A stretch of DNA of 63,770 nt, filler included, from Chiloscyllium plagiosum (GCF_004010195.1; 4 parts of one record of this genome joined end to end with filler, not necessarily neighbours in it); one strand, 5' to 3'. Shown: positions 23,883-36,689, numbered from the whole stretch's first letter. The notes: generated from the letters alone by a model not told the origin. Made by a program: numbers and translations.

Positions 23883-26800
23883 TAATGGCTGCAACAACAA
23901 GCTCCATGTAAACAGTCTGGCATTTTTGTCTTTAAATTTTTCCACAAATGTCAATGTGTTGTGATCAGTGTGTACGATTGTCTCAGATGCATTGCTGGTA
24001 ATATAAACACAGTTAATGCCAACACCAAGTTTAAAGACTTTTTCTCCACCGTTGAACATTTCTGTTGATGAACGTTCAACTTCCCAGAAAAATACCCGAT
24101 GGGTCTTTCTATTCCCTCATCCTCCTCCTGCAGGAACACTGGACAGACACCCACATCACTGGCAACGATGGCCACCTTGAAGGTCTTCGTGTAATACAGT
24201 GTAGCTAATAATGGGGCAGTGGTTAACACTGTTTTTAGGCTTAAAATGTCTTTTGACAGTCCTCTGTCCACATGAGAATTCTTGCCCTTGGTAAGTAGAG
24301 AAGCCACACTGCTTAAAGTTTGGCACAAACTTTCCGTACAATCCAGTCAATCCCAGGAACCGTAGTATTGCATATTTCGTTTTGTCAACTGTGGGGAACA
24401 TTCTCGAACGACTTTCATTTTTATATCTCATGGGGCCATTGGTCCATGTCCAATAACGTGACCCAGGAAGGTGACTTGGGCTTTCTCAAATTCACTTTTA
24501 GCCAGGTTTATCACCAAGCCTACCTTCTGAAGAGAATCAAACATGTCCGATAAATGCTGTAAGTGTTTTTTTCATGAGTGACTAAAAACCACCATGTCAT
24601 CAATGTACATCATATAGTTGGGTAATCCGGCAATGACCTTATTATCAGTCTCTGAAATGTGACTGGATCATTTTACATACCAAATGCCACAACTTTGAAC
24701 TGATATGGTCAATTTGCCCTTATCAAAGCCGAAATTGCCTTTGCTCTCTCTGACAGAGGTCCTTATCAGTAGCCTCTGAGCAAGTCCAATTTAGAAATGT
24801 AAGTAGCTTCTACCACTTTTTCGACACAGTTCTCCAAACGTGGAATTGGATATGCATCCGTCTTTGTAACAAAGTTGACTTTGTGATAGTCCACACATGA
24901 CCACTGGGTAACATCTGGCTTTGGTACCATGACTATACATGAGCTCCAATTACTGTAACTTAATTCGATTATGCCATCTTGGAGTGTGTGCTCTATCTCC
25001 TTCTGACCTGTGCCAACTTTAGAGGGTAATGCCTTTAAGGATGTTGCTTAATCAGAACAGCATCTCCTGTGTCTACATCATACACATTTATGTTCATACT
25101 TCCCAGTTTATTTCTGCATATCTCTCCATGATATCGTAATAACTTTCAGGTCACTATGCTTTTCTTGTAGAAGGTAGCTCAATAATATATCCCAATTTTT
25201 GACAACTTTATCATTGTTCAATTTAATATAGGAATGTCCAATTCAGATTCCTCTGAGCTTGGTTCTTCCTTCTGTGATGTAATCATTAACACCTTCTCCT
25301 CTTGCTTTCCTTCCCGATCAAAATACCTGTTGAGCAAACTCACAGAACACACTCTGTGAGATTTCTGCCTGTCTTGAGGCCGTAACAAGTAGTTCACCTC
25401 ATTCAATTTCTTCCTAATTTGATAATGTACACTAAAACATGCTTCTACAGGCTCAACTGTTACTGGAAGTAACACCAATAACTTATTCCCAATCGTAAAA
25501 TTGCGAATTTGTGAGTTATGATCCACTTCCTATTTCATTGTATGCTGCGATACTTTTAAATGCTGTCTAGCCAACTCACCAGCTCTATTTAATCGTTCCC
25601 TAAAATTTGACACATCGTACAAATGGGTGGTCTCTGAATTCTGACTTATTAATTGATCCTTAACCAATGGTAATGGTCCTTTTACTTCATGCCCACAAAC
25701 TAATTCAAATAGTTTGAATTTGGTCGATTCATTCCGTGCGTCTCTGAACACAAATAGTTCAAAAGGAATTTCCTTATCGCAATCATTTGGATTATCCTGA
25801 CCATAAACCCTCAACATGGTCTTCACTGTTTGATGCCATCTCGCTCATGTGCACTGTGATTCCGAATACTACATAGTAGATTTGAATTTCTTTATTCCCA
25901 AGTTATCCATCACCTGCTTGAATAGTTCGGATGTGAGGTTTGATCTATCTAGATCTCTGTTGGTAGACCGTACCTAGTTAAAAAATAAGTATTTTTTTCT
26001 CTACAACTCTTTTTGCTGTGATGCTGCATAATGGTTCTGCCTCTGGAAATCTAGTCGACACATCCATTATTGTTAATAAATACTTATTCCCACTTTTTGG
26101 TTGAGGTAGGGGACCTACACAATCTATCAAGACTCTTGGGAAAGGTTCCTCAAATGCTGGAACAGGTATTAAAGTTGCAGGTTTTATTACTACCTGTGTG
26201 CCATGTTTGAGACGTCTGGCAATATTCAACTACATCTTTGTGTAGTCCAGGCCAGTGAAAATATCTTTGTATTCCACCCTGTAATGTCCTAAACCCGGAA
26301 TGATCTCCAATTGGTAGCTCATGAGCCACGCGCAGTACCTCCTTTCTATACCCAACAGGCAAAACAATTTGATGAATTTCTGTCCACGTCTGATCTGTTT
26401 CAATGTGCGCTGATCTCCATATCCGCATTAAGACGTCCGCATTTGTTAAGTAATAACACACAGGAATGCATTCATTCTCTGTCTTGCTAAATATCTTTTG
26501 ATATAACTTTTGTAACTCCTCATCTTTCTGCTGTAATTCAATCAACTTAGCAGAGCTAAAATACGTTCATGTTTTCCTACTTGTTCCTTCTCTGTTCCAC
26601 TTATCTGCTCAAAAAGAAACATTTGGATAACTCTACGTCACCTTCCTTATCTGTGCCTTTATCCTGCTTAAACCTGTGCATCTGTGATCTTCTGATCACG
26701 CAATCAGGTGAAATTCCTGGATAAACATTCTCCAGGTCTTCAGTTGCCTGCATCTCCACTGGCTTTTCAACCAGAGTAGGCAGCACGACTTCCAGTGAAT

Positions 26801-28146
26801 CAGCTATATTACTTGCAAGGACAAATTTTATACCTGGAGCTGAGAGTTAGGGATCCAATACTCCTACCACACATTCTCCACTCTTCTCTGGACTCTCTAG
26901 ACTCAATTTACATAAGTGACCACTTTTTGCCTCACTATGAATTCCTGTTACCAGCACATTTTCTGGCAATAGTCTCTCAAGAGTGCATAAAGCCTCACTC
27001 CTTAGCATTAGAGACTGAAAACACCCTGTGTCAATTAATATTGGAACCTCCTTACCAATTACTCCTGGCCTATGTGAATAAACCTTACCCTTTCATGTAA
27101 TTTTTAATGCAGATTTGGCACCCTCACTGATCATCTTGAACACTCTGAGGCTGTTGACTTACTTCCCTTTTGCTTTTTGTTAAGAGTCCAACAAAACTTC
27201 GCGGCTTGCCTGGTTATCCGACATCTGTTTTTCTCCAATCCAACCAACACTGTGATTTTGTGTGGCCAACTTTATTACAATGAAAGCACCATAGTATTTT
27301 AATTTCTTTATCCCTCTCAAGGTTTTCTTTATTACTGTGGTAAATTATCCTTCTGATCTACACTGTGATCTACCTTTCCATTTGCACGTGAAGATATCTC
27401 TTTGCTCCAATTTCTGTCCCTCAGAGAGCAGAACTGGTTCTGGAAGCCAAACTAAATTTCTGGACCAATTCATAATCATCAGCCATTTCAGCAGCTAACC
27501 TTTCTTCTTACACTCTCTGCCCTTCCACCTGAGTTTGCACTACTTCAGGCAGTTAATTTTTGACTTCCTCCAAATACTAGACTCTCTTCCTTACTTCGTG
27601 CACCCTCAGCCGTTATCTCCAGCCTTTTACATTGACTTTCCTTTCTAAGTGTCAGTTTTTGCTATTCAAAAGCTCTCTCTTTCTCTCTCGCCTATTGCTT
27701 TCTCTTTTGCCATTCTTTCTTTTTACTCTCTGTTCTGCTGCTCTCTCTTTTGCCCCCTCTTCTGCATTTTATCGAAACTCAAATGTTTCATTTTGGCTAC
27801 CCTTTCCTTACCTCTCGCCATTAACTCAAGATGTTTCATTTGCAACTGAATTCTTGCCATCTCTGATTCTGATGGTTTCCCCAGCAAGTTGAATTGACGA
27901 GCTACTGCTGTAATTATCTCTCCTTTCCTTACAGATGCAGTCAGTGACAATTCCAGCTTCTCTGCTAATTCTTGCAACTTGGTCTTATTCACTTTTCGTA
28001 AAATTTCGAAAGTCATTGCATGCACACCCAGGAAACGCTTGGCGACTGAAATAGCCATTACTATTCTAAACTTTGTCAACGCAATCAAACAAATGCCCGA
28101 AATAAAGACAATGGCATCTCCCACTCGCTGTTAAAAATCCAGCAAT

Positions 28147-28155
28147 GAGCCCCCA
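28147..28155 (-). promoter_or_regulatory. Primer binding site, tRNA-Pro type
   Basis: TGGGGGCTC 3 nt inside the 5' LTR; matches the start of the tRNA-Pro PBS TGGGGGCTCGTCCGGGAT, remainder degenerate. Confidence 0.75.
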
Positions 28156-28158
28156 GTC

Positions 28159-28811
28159 TGTTATGGACGAGGCAAGACTACTCAAAACATTCTTAATCAA
28201 GCAGCCCAGAGCATAACTTTGCAGTTTGTTTTGGTAATTATCCAATGAAAATTACCCGGAGTAATTTAGCTAGGGTGACTACTAGATTTTAAATCAGACA
28301 AAAACGTTATTCACAAAGTTACACAATGAAACACAAAGAACAGAATAAAGAACGCCTACAGAATTCAACATATCCAGCTAGACTTAATTATGCTATTCCA
28401 AATACACACAATAGTCCCAATAATCAAACCTCCTTGAGAAAACGTTATCATGGAACGCATGTTTCCAGGTTGAAGCTGAAGGGCAGAAAAGAGACAGTTT
28501 CCACAGCTCTCAGTTGAACCTCCCATTTTCAATACTCAACTGAAAACTGCTCAGCTCAGCTCAACTCAGCTAGCTCAGCTAAAAGAGCTGCCAATTCCCC
28601 ATTCATTATACAGGTCACTTCCAATGCATGACCACTTTGGCCTGTAGTTTCATCTGTTTACATATAAATAAAAGGCCTCTGAAAATCCCTTTCGTGTCTG
28701 TATCAATCCAGTCTCATCACAGTCTGGCTCCATTTTATTGACCCTCTGAAAAACATCAAGCATTGAGCCAATGAACAGCTGTTAGCAAAAAAACAGGATT
28801 GGTTTATGACA
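28159..28811 (-). repeat. 5' LTR of the Gmr1-like element
   Basis: TGTTATGG...TATGACA; homologous to but visibly diverged from 22183-22838. Confidence 0.9.
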
Positions 28812-29829
28812 GAGAAGACAGGCTACTATGGAGGTCAGAAGCTGGTGGGAATGGCTAATACTATCAGAGTGTGGCTGATGAGAGATTTGTGAACAGCATG
28901 ACGTTCAATGCAAGGTCACACACCAACTGTACATCCAGACGGTGAAAGTTCATTCAGAACCTGGAGCTCTCTCTCAACCAACATGGGGGCTCAATAGAGC
29001 TCTGTAAACTATCATAGAGTCATAGAATCCTATAGTACAGAGACAGGCCCATTAGCACAAACTGGTTCATGCTGATCAAAATGTCCATCCATGCTTAGCC
29101 CATTTCCCTGCGCTTTGTCCATATCCTTCTAAACATTTCCTATCTATATATTTGACCAAATGTGAAGGCAAGCATCATGGAAAACATGTTATATCTAATG
29201 TTATCCGTGTTTTGTTTTGGAAATAATGAGTGTTGATTCATAACACTCCAGTGTCAATGCAATCACGTTTTATTCTTTTCGTAGCGTTACAGATTAATAA
29301 CTCATTTCCTTCACACTCTCCTTATGGTACCATCACCGCATGGATTAGTCTGGTGAAACTCCACTACACTTTCTCTCTCTATCAAGGAGATCATTGACGA
29401 TAAATGAAAGAAAATACTGTCTCAAATACACTCCACAACTGCAGGACGGTGTCTTCCCTTTTATACTTTAATCATTTTGTAATGAACGCTCCTACTCATT
29501 TATTGTGCTGATTACTTGCTGAGTCATAGAGTCATAGAGATGCACAGCATGGAAATAGATCCTTCAGTCCGACTCGTCCATGACGACCAGATATCCCAAC
29601 CCAATCTAATGCCAACTGCCAGTACCCGACTGCTCTGTATGAATTCTGTTAGTGCCTCATGATTAAGGACATCCAGGTCCTTTTCACCAAGAGCACTTCC
29701 CATCATCTCGCCTTTTCATAAATACAAAATGAGAAAAATGGCATTTTTTGCCAATCATTTATTTGCCTTATGAAGCAAAGTCACACCAACAACAACATCA
29801 CTATTGCCATTGGAATTGATTGGAGATAC

Positions 29830-30550
29830 TGAGGAGGCGATGATCTAGCTGTATTATCTCCGAATATTAATCCAGGGAATCAGGTACTGACCCAGACACC
29901 GGATCCGAATCCCATAATGGCAAATGTTGGAAATTAAATTCAATAAATTACCAGGAATTAAGTATCAAATAAAACAATGAAACCATTGTCGATTGTCCGA
30001 CCTGGCACCCTCATGCACTTCAGGGAAGGAAATCGGCCATAATCACCTGGTCAAGCTTTCATGTAACTCCAGACCCACAGCAATATGGTTAACTCTCAGT
30101 TGCAGTTTGAAATAGCTAAGCCAGCCACTCAGTTATATCAGTTACTTGGAGGAGAAAGTGAGAACTGCAGATGCTGGAGATCAGAGCTGAAAATGTGTTG
30201 CTGGAAAGACACAGCAGGTCAGGCAGCATCCACAGAACAGAAGAATCGACGTTTCGGGCATAAGCCCTTCTGCAGGAGGGGCTGAGGTGCCTTCTTCCTG
30301 AAGAAGGGCTTATGCACGAAACGTCGATTCTCCTGTTCCTTGGATGCTGTCTGACCTGCTGCGCTTTTCCAGCAACACATTTTCAGCTCTATATCAGTCA
30401 CTTCAAAGTCTCAAAGAATTGAAAACGCATGGACCTCAGCACTGACTAGTTACAGCCCACGGACTGCAGTGGGTTAGAAAGGCAGCTCACCAAATCGTTC
30501 TCAAGGACAACGGGGAAAGAGAATCAAATACTGGTCCAGCATCGCATTAC
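29830..30550 (+). mobile_element. Non-autonomous tRNA-headed element sharing the 5' region of the 1495-3930 LINE, interrupted by a PLE hairpin
   Basis: CTCCAGACCCACAGCAATATGGTTAACTC matches about 1729-1759; continues to GGACTGCAGTGGGTTAGAAAGGCAGCTCACC with no ORF. Confidence 0.7.
30148..30389. mobile_element. Penelope-derived fold-back mini-insertion with 14-bp TSD
   Basis: Two inverted family-B arms; TATATCAGTTACTT (30134-30147) and TATATCAGTCACTT (30390-30403); hammerhead motif at about 30298-30325. Confidence 0.9.
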
Positions 30551-32620
30551 TGAATAAAGGAAAATGATCACACTTAGGGAATGGAGGAAAGCAACATAAA
30601 TCACTTTAAACAGGGACTTTCTTATATACCTTACATGGTCATGAATATCGGTAATACGGGAACAGGAGAAGCATAAGTAAGGTTAATTCCATTTTTTAAT
30701 TTCCATCGCAGCTGATCATCATTAATTCCTTTGTTTGCTTCTTTCTCTCTATCTCTCCCTTTCTCCATCTATTCAACTCAGTCCTTCTCCCCTTCATAAC
30801 AGATATCGATGTCATCAACATCAGTCACGCTACATCCCAATTCTGCTCAGTTTGGATGGCACTATCTCGTTCTTTATTGTTTCTGATCTGTTGCATCATT
30901 CTTTGCATTATTTAACCTTTAATTTTGTAATTACTTGAAATGTCTGCATCGCTGACAGGGGCAGCATTTCTTCACCATACCAAACGCCCTTTACTGCGAG
31001 GTCATTCTTCCAGGCAGTACAGAACCAAACACATTGCTGTGGTCTGCCATCAATCTTAAACCAGAACAGATAATAACGCAAGATTTATTTACCAACGGAC
31101 ATCAGTGAAATAGATAAACGTATAGACAAAATGCTGGTGATGTTATGGTCGTTTATCGTAAAACTTGCTTTTGTTTCCAATTCCTGTCTTTTGAATTTAC
31201 TTTCTGACATCGTCTGTGGTAGGATGTGGAACAGTGTCTTTCCGTGTAATAACCTGTGCATCTGGATTACGTTTCGTCCGACATTACTGCACTGAGAGAG
31301 TATTCCTGTCATTAAGTTACTTTCGAGACAAGAACAAAGTTGTGATCGAAATATTTGCAGCTGAAAGAGTGCTTTGAGGAGAGGTGGAATCATAACGTCT
31401 GAATTTTACCAAAGCATAGATAATGGTTTATTAAGCATCAGTATTGAAGCCAAGATGGTGACTGGGCATATAATCGAGCTGGTAGTGGAAAGGTTTGGTG
31501 ATGGATAGAATACCGAGACATAAATGAATTCAGGGAAGAAAGGTACTTCAATATTGTGCACAGTCTCGTTCTCAGATGTTTGTGAGGGCAGGGGAGTGGG
31601 CGGTTCTGAAATATGTGGGTAATCAATGGAATTTGCATTTGAAACTGAAGACAATAGTTTCTGTCTTTGTCAAATATAGATAACAGGAATAGCAAAGAAG
31701 TTCGCCATGGTTGAAGAGATTAATAAATGGATAGAGATGAAGAAACTTACCAGGAACACCAACAATAGCGAGGACAGGATAGTAACCCGCCTGGATAATC
31801 AGCAGTGCACCATATATCCGAAGTGGTAAAGTTGACCAAGACCAAGTAAGATATATAAGACCCGACGATATATACCTTTCCATTGTTGCAGCATTCCAGT
31901 CAAATATTATCAGATTCTGATCCATTAATGGATCATTCCAGACTATTCTGAGATGTTAATATCTCTTTTTCTTGTCTCTGCAGCTGCTGATCCATTTGAT
32001 CGTTGCAAGTGATGCATCTGCTGCTACAATGACATAAACCATTGCAAGAAGCTCCTTACTAATAGGAGATGGAAAACATGCAGTGACACAATTAGGATCC
32101 ATGGAGACTGGCATCAATCACAGTCACTGAACAAACAGCTCCATTTAACCCCTTTCAGTATGGTTCTTTCAGTTCACAAAACTACTGGACTGGATTGAAT
32201 GTTGGCACCGCTGGCTATTGATCACATTTCCCATCACCGATTGCTATCGTGAAGTTAGTAGTGAAGGACAATGATACATGTTTTCTTATTGCAGGCTGGA
32301 TGATTCTGCTGCGTTGTCCGTTTGCAATACTGTAATCGCCTGAACCTCCCACCACCACCCTCAAAAACCACAATCTACATGCTGTTACCGTGATGATCTC
32401 TCCTCGACTAGAACAGGCACCAGCCAATATACTTACAGTCGATATATGTGCACTCCAATAAATAGGAAATGTGAATTTGCCAGGGCATTCCGTTAATTGA
32501 TCTAATAGGCAAATTTTGTATCTTCAACACTCAAGTTCAGTACTTTTTTAAAAAAAGATAAACTCACAAACACCTTGACACACTTTATTAAGCACAAGTT
32601 TCTTCACTTTCTCCTCATGG
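30455..32620. repeat. Segmental duplication copy B (paralogous to about 12570-14910)
   Basis: Same colinear matches as copy A; contains the intact GPCR exon. Confidence 0.85.
31751..31925 (-). CDS. First coding exon (N-terminus and start of TM1) of a GPR139-like class A GPCR
   Basis: MDQNLIIFDWNAATMERYISSGLIYLTWSWSTLPLRIYGALLIIQAGYYPVLAIVGVP plus one base, then donor CTG|GTAAGT (phase 1). YYPxLAxxGVP resembles GPR139 TM1 YYSLLLCLGLP. Later exon not found. Confidence 0.75.
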
Positions 32621-33995
32621 TAACATTATGCCAGGGTTTAGTCTGGTGAAACCTCTTTGGACTGAATCGCTGACAAGATCATTATTTATAAAGCAGATTC
32701 AGACTGTACACAATAGACCTAACAGTCCCTCAATAAAACACTACCATTGGGAAAGATACGTTTACTCTAGTATTTTAATCATTTTGCATGAAGAGCCACA
32801 TATCATTTACTTCCTGATACGTAAAAATTCTGTTTGTGAATTATGACCAAGCACATCCAGGTCTGTTTCAACAACAGAACTTCCCAACCTCCCACTATTT
32901 AATGAACATAAATGTGAATGATGATATTTGTTGTTCATATCTGAAATATTTTATATCTTTCGAAGAGCTATTGCCCAAACACTGATCTTTCTCATACCCC
33001 AAAGCCTTCACTCCAGATAAAAACACTACTCTCTTCATTCTCTTGATTATCCAACTTTTAATGCATTCGGTGTATTCCACCCCGACCTACCCATGGACTC
33101 TAACATTCTCGACTCAGCTGTATTCAACCATGTCAAACATCTGCTGAAAATTCGAACACTTCATTCCCATTGGTTCTCAATTGTCGATGTCACAACGGAC
33201 AACCTCCACAAAACCCAGCAGGTTTATCAAAGATCAGAGATCATTTCCCCTTCCTGAATCTAGATTGAGTCTACCAAATCATTTCATTATTTTCCCAGTG
33301 TCTAGTTGTCACATTCCTCACAAAAGGTTCCAATGTTTTTCTCACATCTTACATCAATCTAACCACTGTTTAGTTTGCTGTTTGCTCTCTCCAACCAATT
33401 TTAAATATTTAGGTTTACAATAGCTGCTTTCCAATCTCGAGGATCCTTTCCAGAATCTAACCAGCTTTGAAGAATAATCAGTAGTTCTTTCACTAGCTCT
33501 ACTGCCACCTCCTCAATACTCTGGCATGTAGCTTATCTGATACAGCAACATACCAACTTAAATTCAATGAGAAAGACATACCTTTTATTAATTCTAATTT
33601 CCTGCTGTTCCTCATTTTCACTAGTCACTCTGTTCCCTTGTATTTCTAGAAGTTTCTTTCTGTACCTTCATCAGGAGATAGACACAATATATTGCTGTCA
33701 GCGGACAGATGGGTTCTGTCAGCAAGTTAATATATCGGAGGACTGCACTCCAGTGATAATGGATATGTTACTCAATCCTGCCTAGAAAGTTCCAGAATTA
33801 ATCCAGTTTAATTTATGGTGAGCACCCACACAGTCCTGTCACTGGTGTGAGGCTACACAGCATACTAAGGGAGGGGACACAGCTCAGAGACCACCTCAAT
33901 GTTGAAACAAACTGGTTTCATACCTGACACCTGGTCCAGCTTAGACACATGTCCCGGAAATCCCAGGAAGGATAATGCACTGTCCTGCACCTCAC

Positions 33996-34003
33996 TATTT
34001 ATA
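33996..34003 (-). promoter_or_regulatory. Candidate TATA box upstream of the GPCR exon
   Basis: TATAAATA in unique sequence, followed about 70 nt downstream by CAG|GTATGA (33924/33923). Confidence 0.3.
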
Positions 34004-35538
34004 GAGCTCCCCTTCTGTGGAGCCTCATCTCCATTTGTTTATCATGGACCAAGACACTTTGTAAATGCATTGTATAGAGTGCGATCACCAGACCCAGCAG
34101 CTGACGATACAAACCCGAGATAATCATCCATATAAACTCCACTGATTTTGCAATGACAGGAACAAGTCAATTTCCCACATGCATGCTGCACGCGCTCAAT
34201 GTTGAAAATTATTTCCACTCCTGAGTTTCTCTGCCTAGCTGAGAAAGCCGTTGCATCTCTGAACAGTCCGACAGTAAGAGCATCTCTCTCCAAGGAAGCA
34301 GTTGGCAATGTAACATTACCTTTCTCTATATCTCAGCCATTATAACGGCAACACTAGTATTGCTAATGAATTTGATCATAACATTCAGAGAAGAGAGATA
34401 CAGGGAACCTAACTCACTTTAAAAAGGGACAAATCTAAATGGACGCGATATACAGGAATATGGGAAAATGGGAAATGTGAGAATGACTTGCCATCTTATT
34501 TTCCTATCAGTTCATCATCAGCAATCCCTCTGCTCACTTTTCATTTCTTTTCCTCTCTTTTTCTAGCCATTTCTCCATCCATTCAATTTAAACCTGGCCC
34601 CACTTCTCTCTCCCACCCAACCATCCATGATACCAGGATGAATAATTATTTCCCAGTTTGCTTTGAGTTGTGAAGCTGGGTCTTGGACTCAAACTGTTAT
34701 CTGCACTTCTCCTGACAGAGGCTGCCATACCTGCGAGATTCTCCAACACTTTCAGACGCTGGAGAATTTTATTTTCGATCTCTAGCACCAACCGTTCCTT
34801 GGTTTATTTCACCGTTAATGCTGTTGACGGGATGCCAGCATCACGGGCAAGGACGGCATTTATTGTCCATCACTAATTGTCCTTGACAACACGGCCATTT
34901 GTCAAGACAAAATGGAGGCAACAATTTTGTTGTAGGTCTGAAGTCACACTGAGCTCAGATTGGGTAATAATGTTAAGTTTCTTTAGCAAAGACTATCAGC
35001 GAAATAATAAAAATAAATATTAACGGTTTCTGGTTTCCATGAGTGAAATTAGGTTTCATTCCAATTTTTTTCATTCGAATTTAATATCTGTCATCTGCCG
35101 TGGTAGGATTTTAAACACTGCCTTGGAGTCACAGCCCGTGCTTCTGAATTACCCATCTAGTTACATGATCACTCTGATACAGAGTCCTTATTGCCAATCC
35201 GTATTCCCTAGTTCCTGCCAGAGAGAGATGGCGGAGAAATCGGTTTAACTACCAACAATCGACAGGATTTTGGGAAAAAAAGAGAAAGGGAGATTGAGAG
35301 ACAATTTCAGGTAAGACCACAGGTTTCAGAATGCTGAAATGAAGACATTTCGACAGCATCCTGCAACATGAGCTCGTATTCCTCGGAATGATAGTTGAAG
35401 GGGATATTGGCGTCAATAAAGATGATGGAGAGTTTTAGATGAACATTTGTTCTGCAACTTTGTAACTGGGTGTGGGGTCAGCAGAGTCTTCGACTCATTG
35501 GGCTGAATCTAACAATAGTTTGTCTCAGTGACCTTTTT

Positions 35539-35737
35539 GAGGAGAAAGTGAGGTCTGCAGATGCTGGAGATCAGAGCTGAAAATGTGTTGCTGGAAAAGC
35601 GCAGCAGGTCAGGCAGCATCCAGGGAACAGGAGAATCGACGTTTCGGGCCTGAAGAGGGCTTATGCCCGAAACGTCGATTCTCCTGTTCCCTGGATGCTG
35701 CCTGACCTGCTGCGCTTTTCCAGCAGCACATTTTCAG
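35539..35737. mobile_element. Penelope-derived fold-back mini-insertion with 15-bp TSD
   Basis: Inverted family-B arms; CTCAGTGACCTTTTT (35524-35538) and CTCAGTGACATTTTT (35738-35752); absent from the paralogue near 62720-62745. Confidence 0.92.
35650..35676 (+). ncRNA. Minimal hammerhead ribozyme motif (PLE family B)
   Basis: CTGAAGA-GGGC-TTAT-GCCC-GAAA-CGTC at the apex of the fold-back. Confidence 0.75.
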
Positions 35738-36188
35738 CTCAGTGACATTTTTATTGAGTTTGACAGAGGGATTGTCTTTACGAGACTGAACTAGTCTCAT
35801 GGTGTTATTTTATAGAACTCACCTCATTAACTACCCACTCATGGCGTTCCTCGCATTCAATGCCACCCCGATTCTCCAATCCAAAATGGCTGGAGGGACT
35901 CAACATCGCACTGGTGCCCCTGGCTATTCTATGATCACTGACACTGGTGCCATCTTTCAAAGACCAATGGGCACATTGTTGCACTTCGTCAGTTTGAAGC
36001 AACCCTGCACAGTTTTCCCCGAGCATGGCAGATAAGGGGAACTAACACCACGGTTTTTCAACAGGGGCTCAAGAGGTCCTTGTGGATGGGCTAGTACGGG
36101 GTTCGATTCTTTTCCCAGAGGAGGCCTCACATCCAGCCCCACCGAGATTGGTCTGAGCTCACCACCCAGCTCAGTGCAGTATCTGCGG

Positions 36189-36240
36189 TCTCTCTCTCTC
36201 TCTCACACACACACAAACACTCAAACACACATACACACAC
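36189..36240. repeat. (TC)n(AC)n microsatellite
   Basis: Directly visible. Confidence 0.9.
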
Positions 36241-36689
36241 TTTGAATATGGAAAGTTCCAGATAGTGTTTTTCAGGTACAGGAACTTTCAGTCATTCAAA
36301 CCCTGAGTTCCTGCAAAAATATGCACTTATTTTATATCCAGTCACAATTATTAATTCTGGCTATTTCACTTTGTCTCACTTTACTGTATTCAGCCAAACA
36401 CTGCTCCTAAACACTTGTCCCGTTATGAAATACAATTTCGAGCAGAGAACGTTTTATCCTCAGCTGTTATCTTGACCGTTATCTGAATTGTACCATTTTC
36501 CTTGTCATGAAAGTTTCTCTTGCCCTTTGCCTGTGCCTGTTTCTGTCTGTAACAGTTACATTGTCTCCCACTCATTTGGCTGGACGGCTGGTTTGTGATG
36601 CAGAGGGAGGCCAGCAGCCCAGGTTCAATTCCCCCACACTGACAGAGGATGCCATGAAGGGGACGCTCTCTCAACAATGGGCAATCGAG

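Larger units (their letters stand above)
22183..28811 (-). mobile_element. Full-length decayed Gmr1-like Gypsy LTR retrotransposon (gag-PR-IN-RT-RNaseH)
   Basis: Paired TG...CA LTRs, 4-bp TSD GAGA (22179-22182, 28812-28815), PBS, PPT; CFHCNKVGHTKSQC zinc knuckle near 27248-27290; integrase RVLIDCVGPLP...MDVSTRFPEA near 26.0-26.2 kb; RT YIDD at 24596-24607; RNase H VASDVGV...IGYFSGKL...VHTDHN at 23.8-24.3 kb. Protease inferred from position only. Confidence 0.95.
35210..36680. repeat. Duplicated block, inverted paralogue of about 61010-63050
   Basis: GGGAGATTGAGAGACAATTTCA, GACAGCATCCTGCAAC, CTTTGTAACTGGG, CTTGACCGTTATCTGA and GGTTTGTGATGCAGAGGGAGG all occur as reverse complements at 61.0-63.0 kb. 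Confidence 0.9.
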
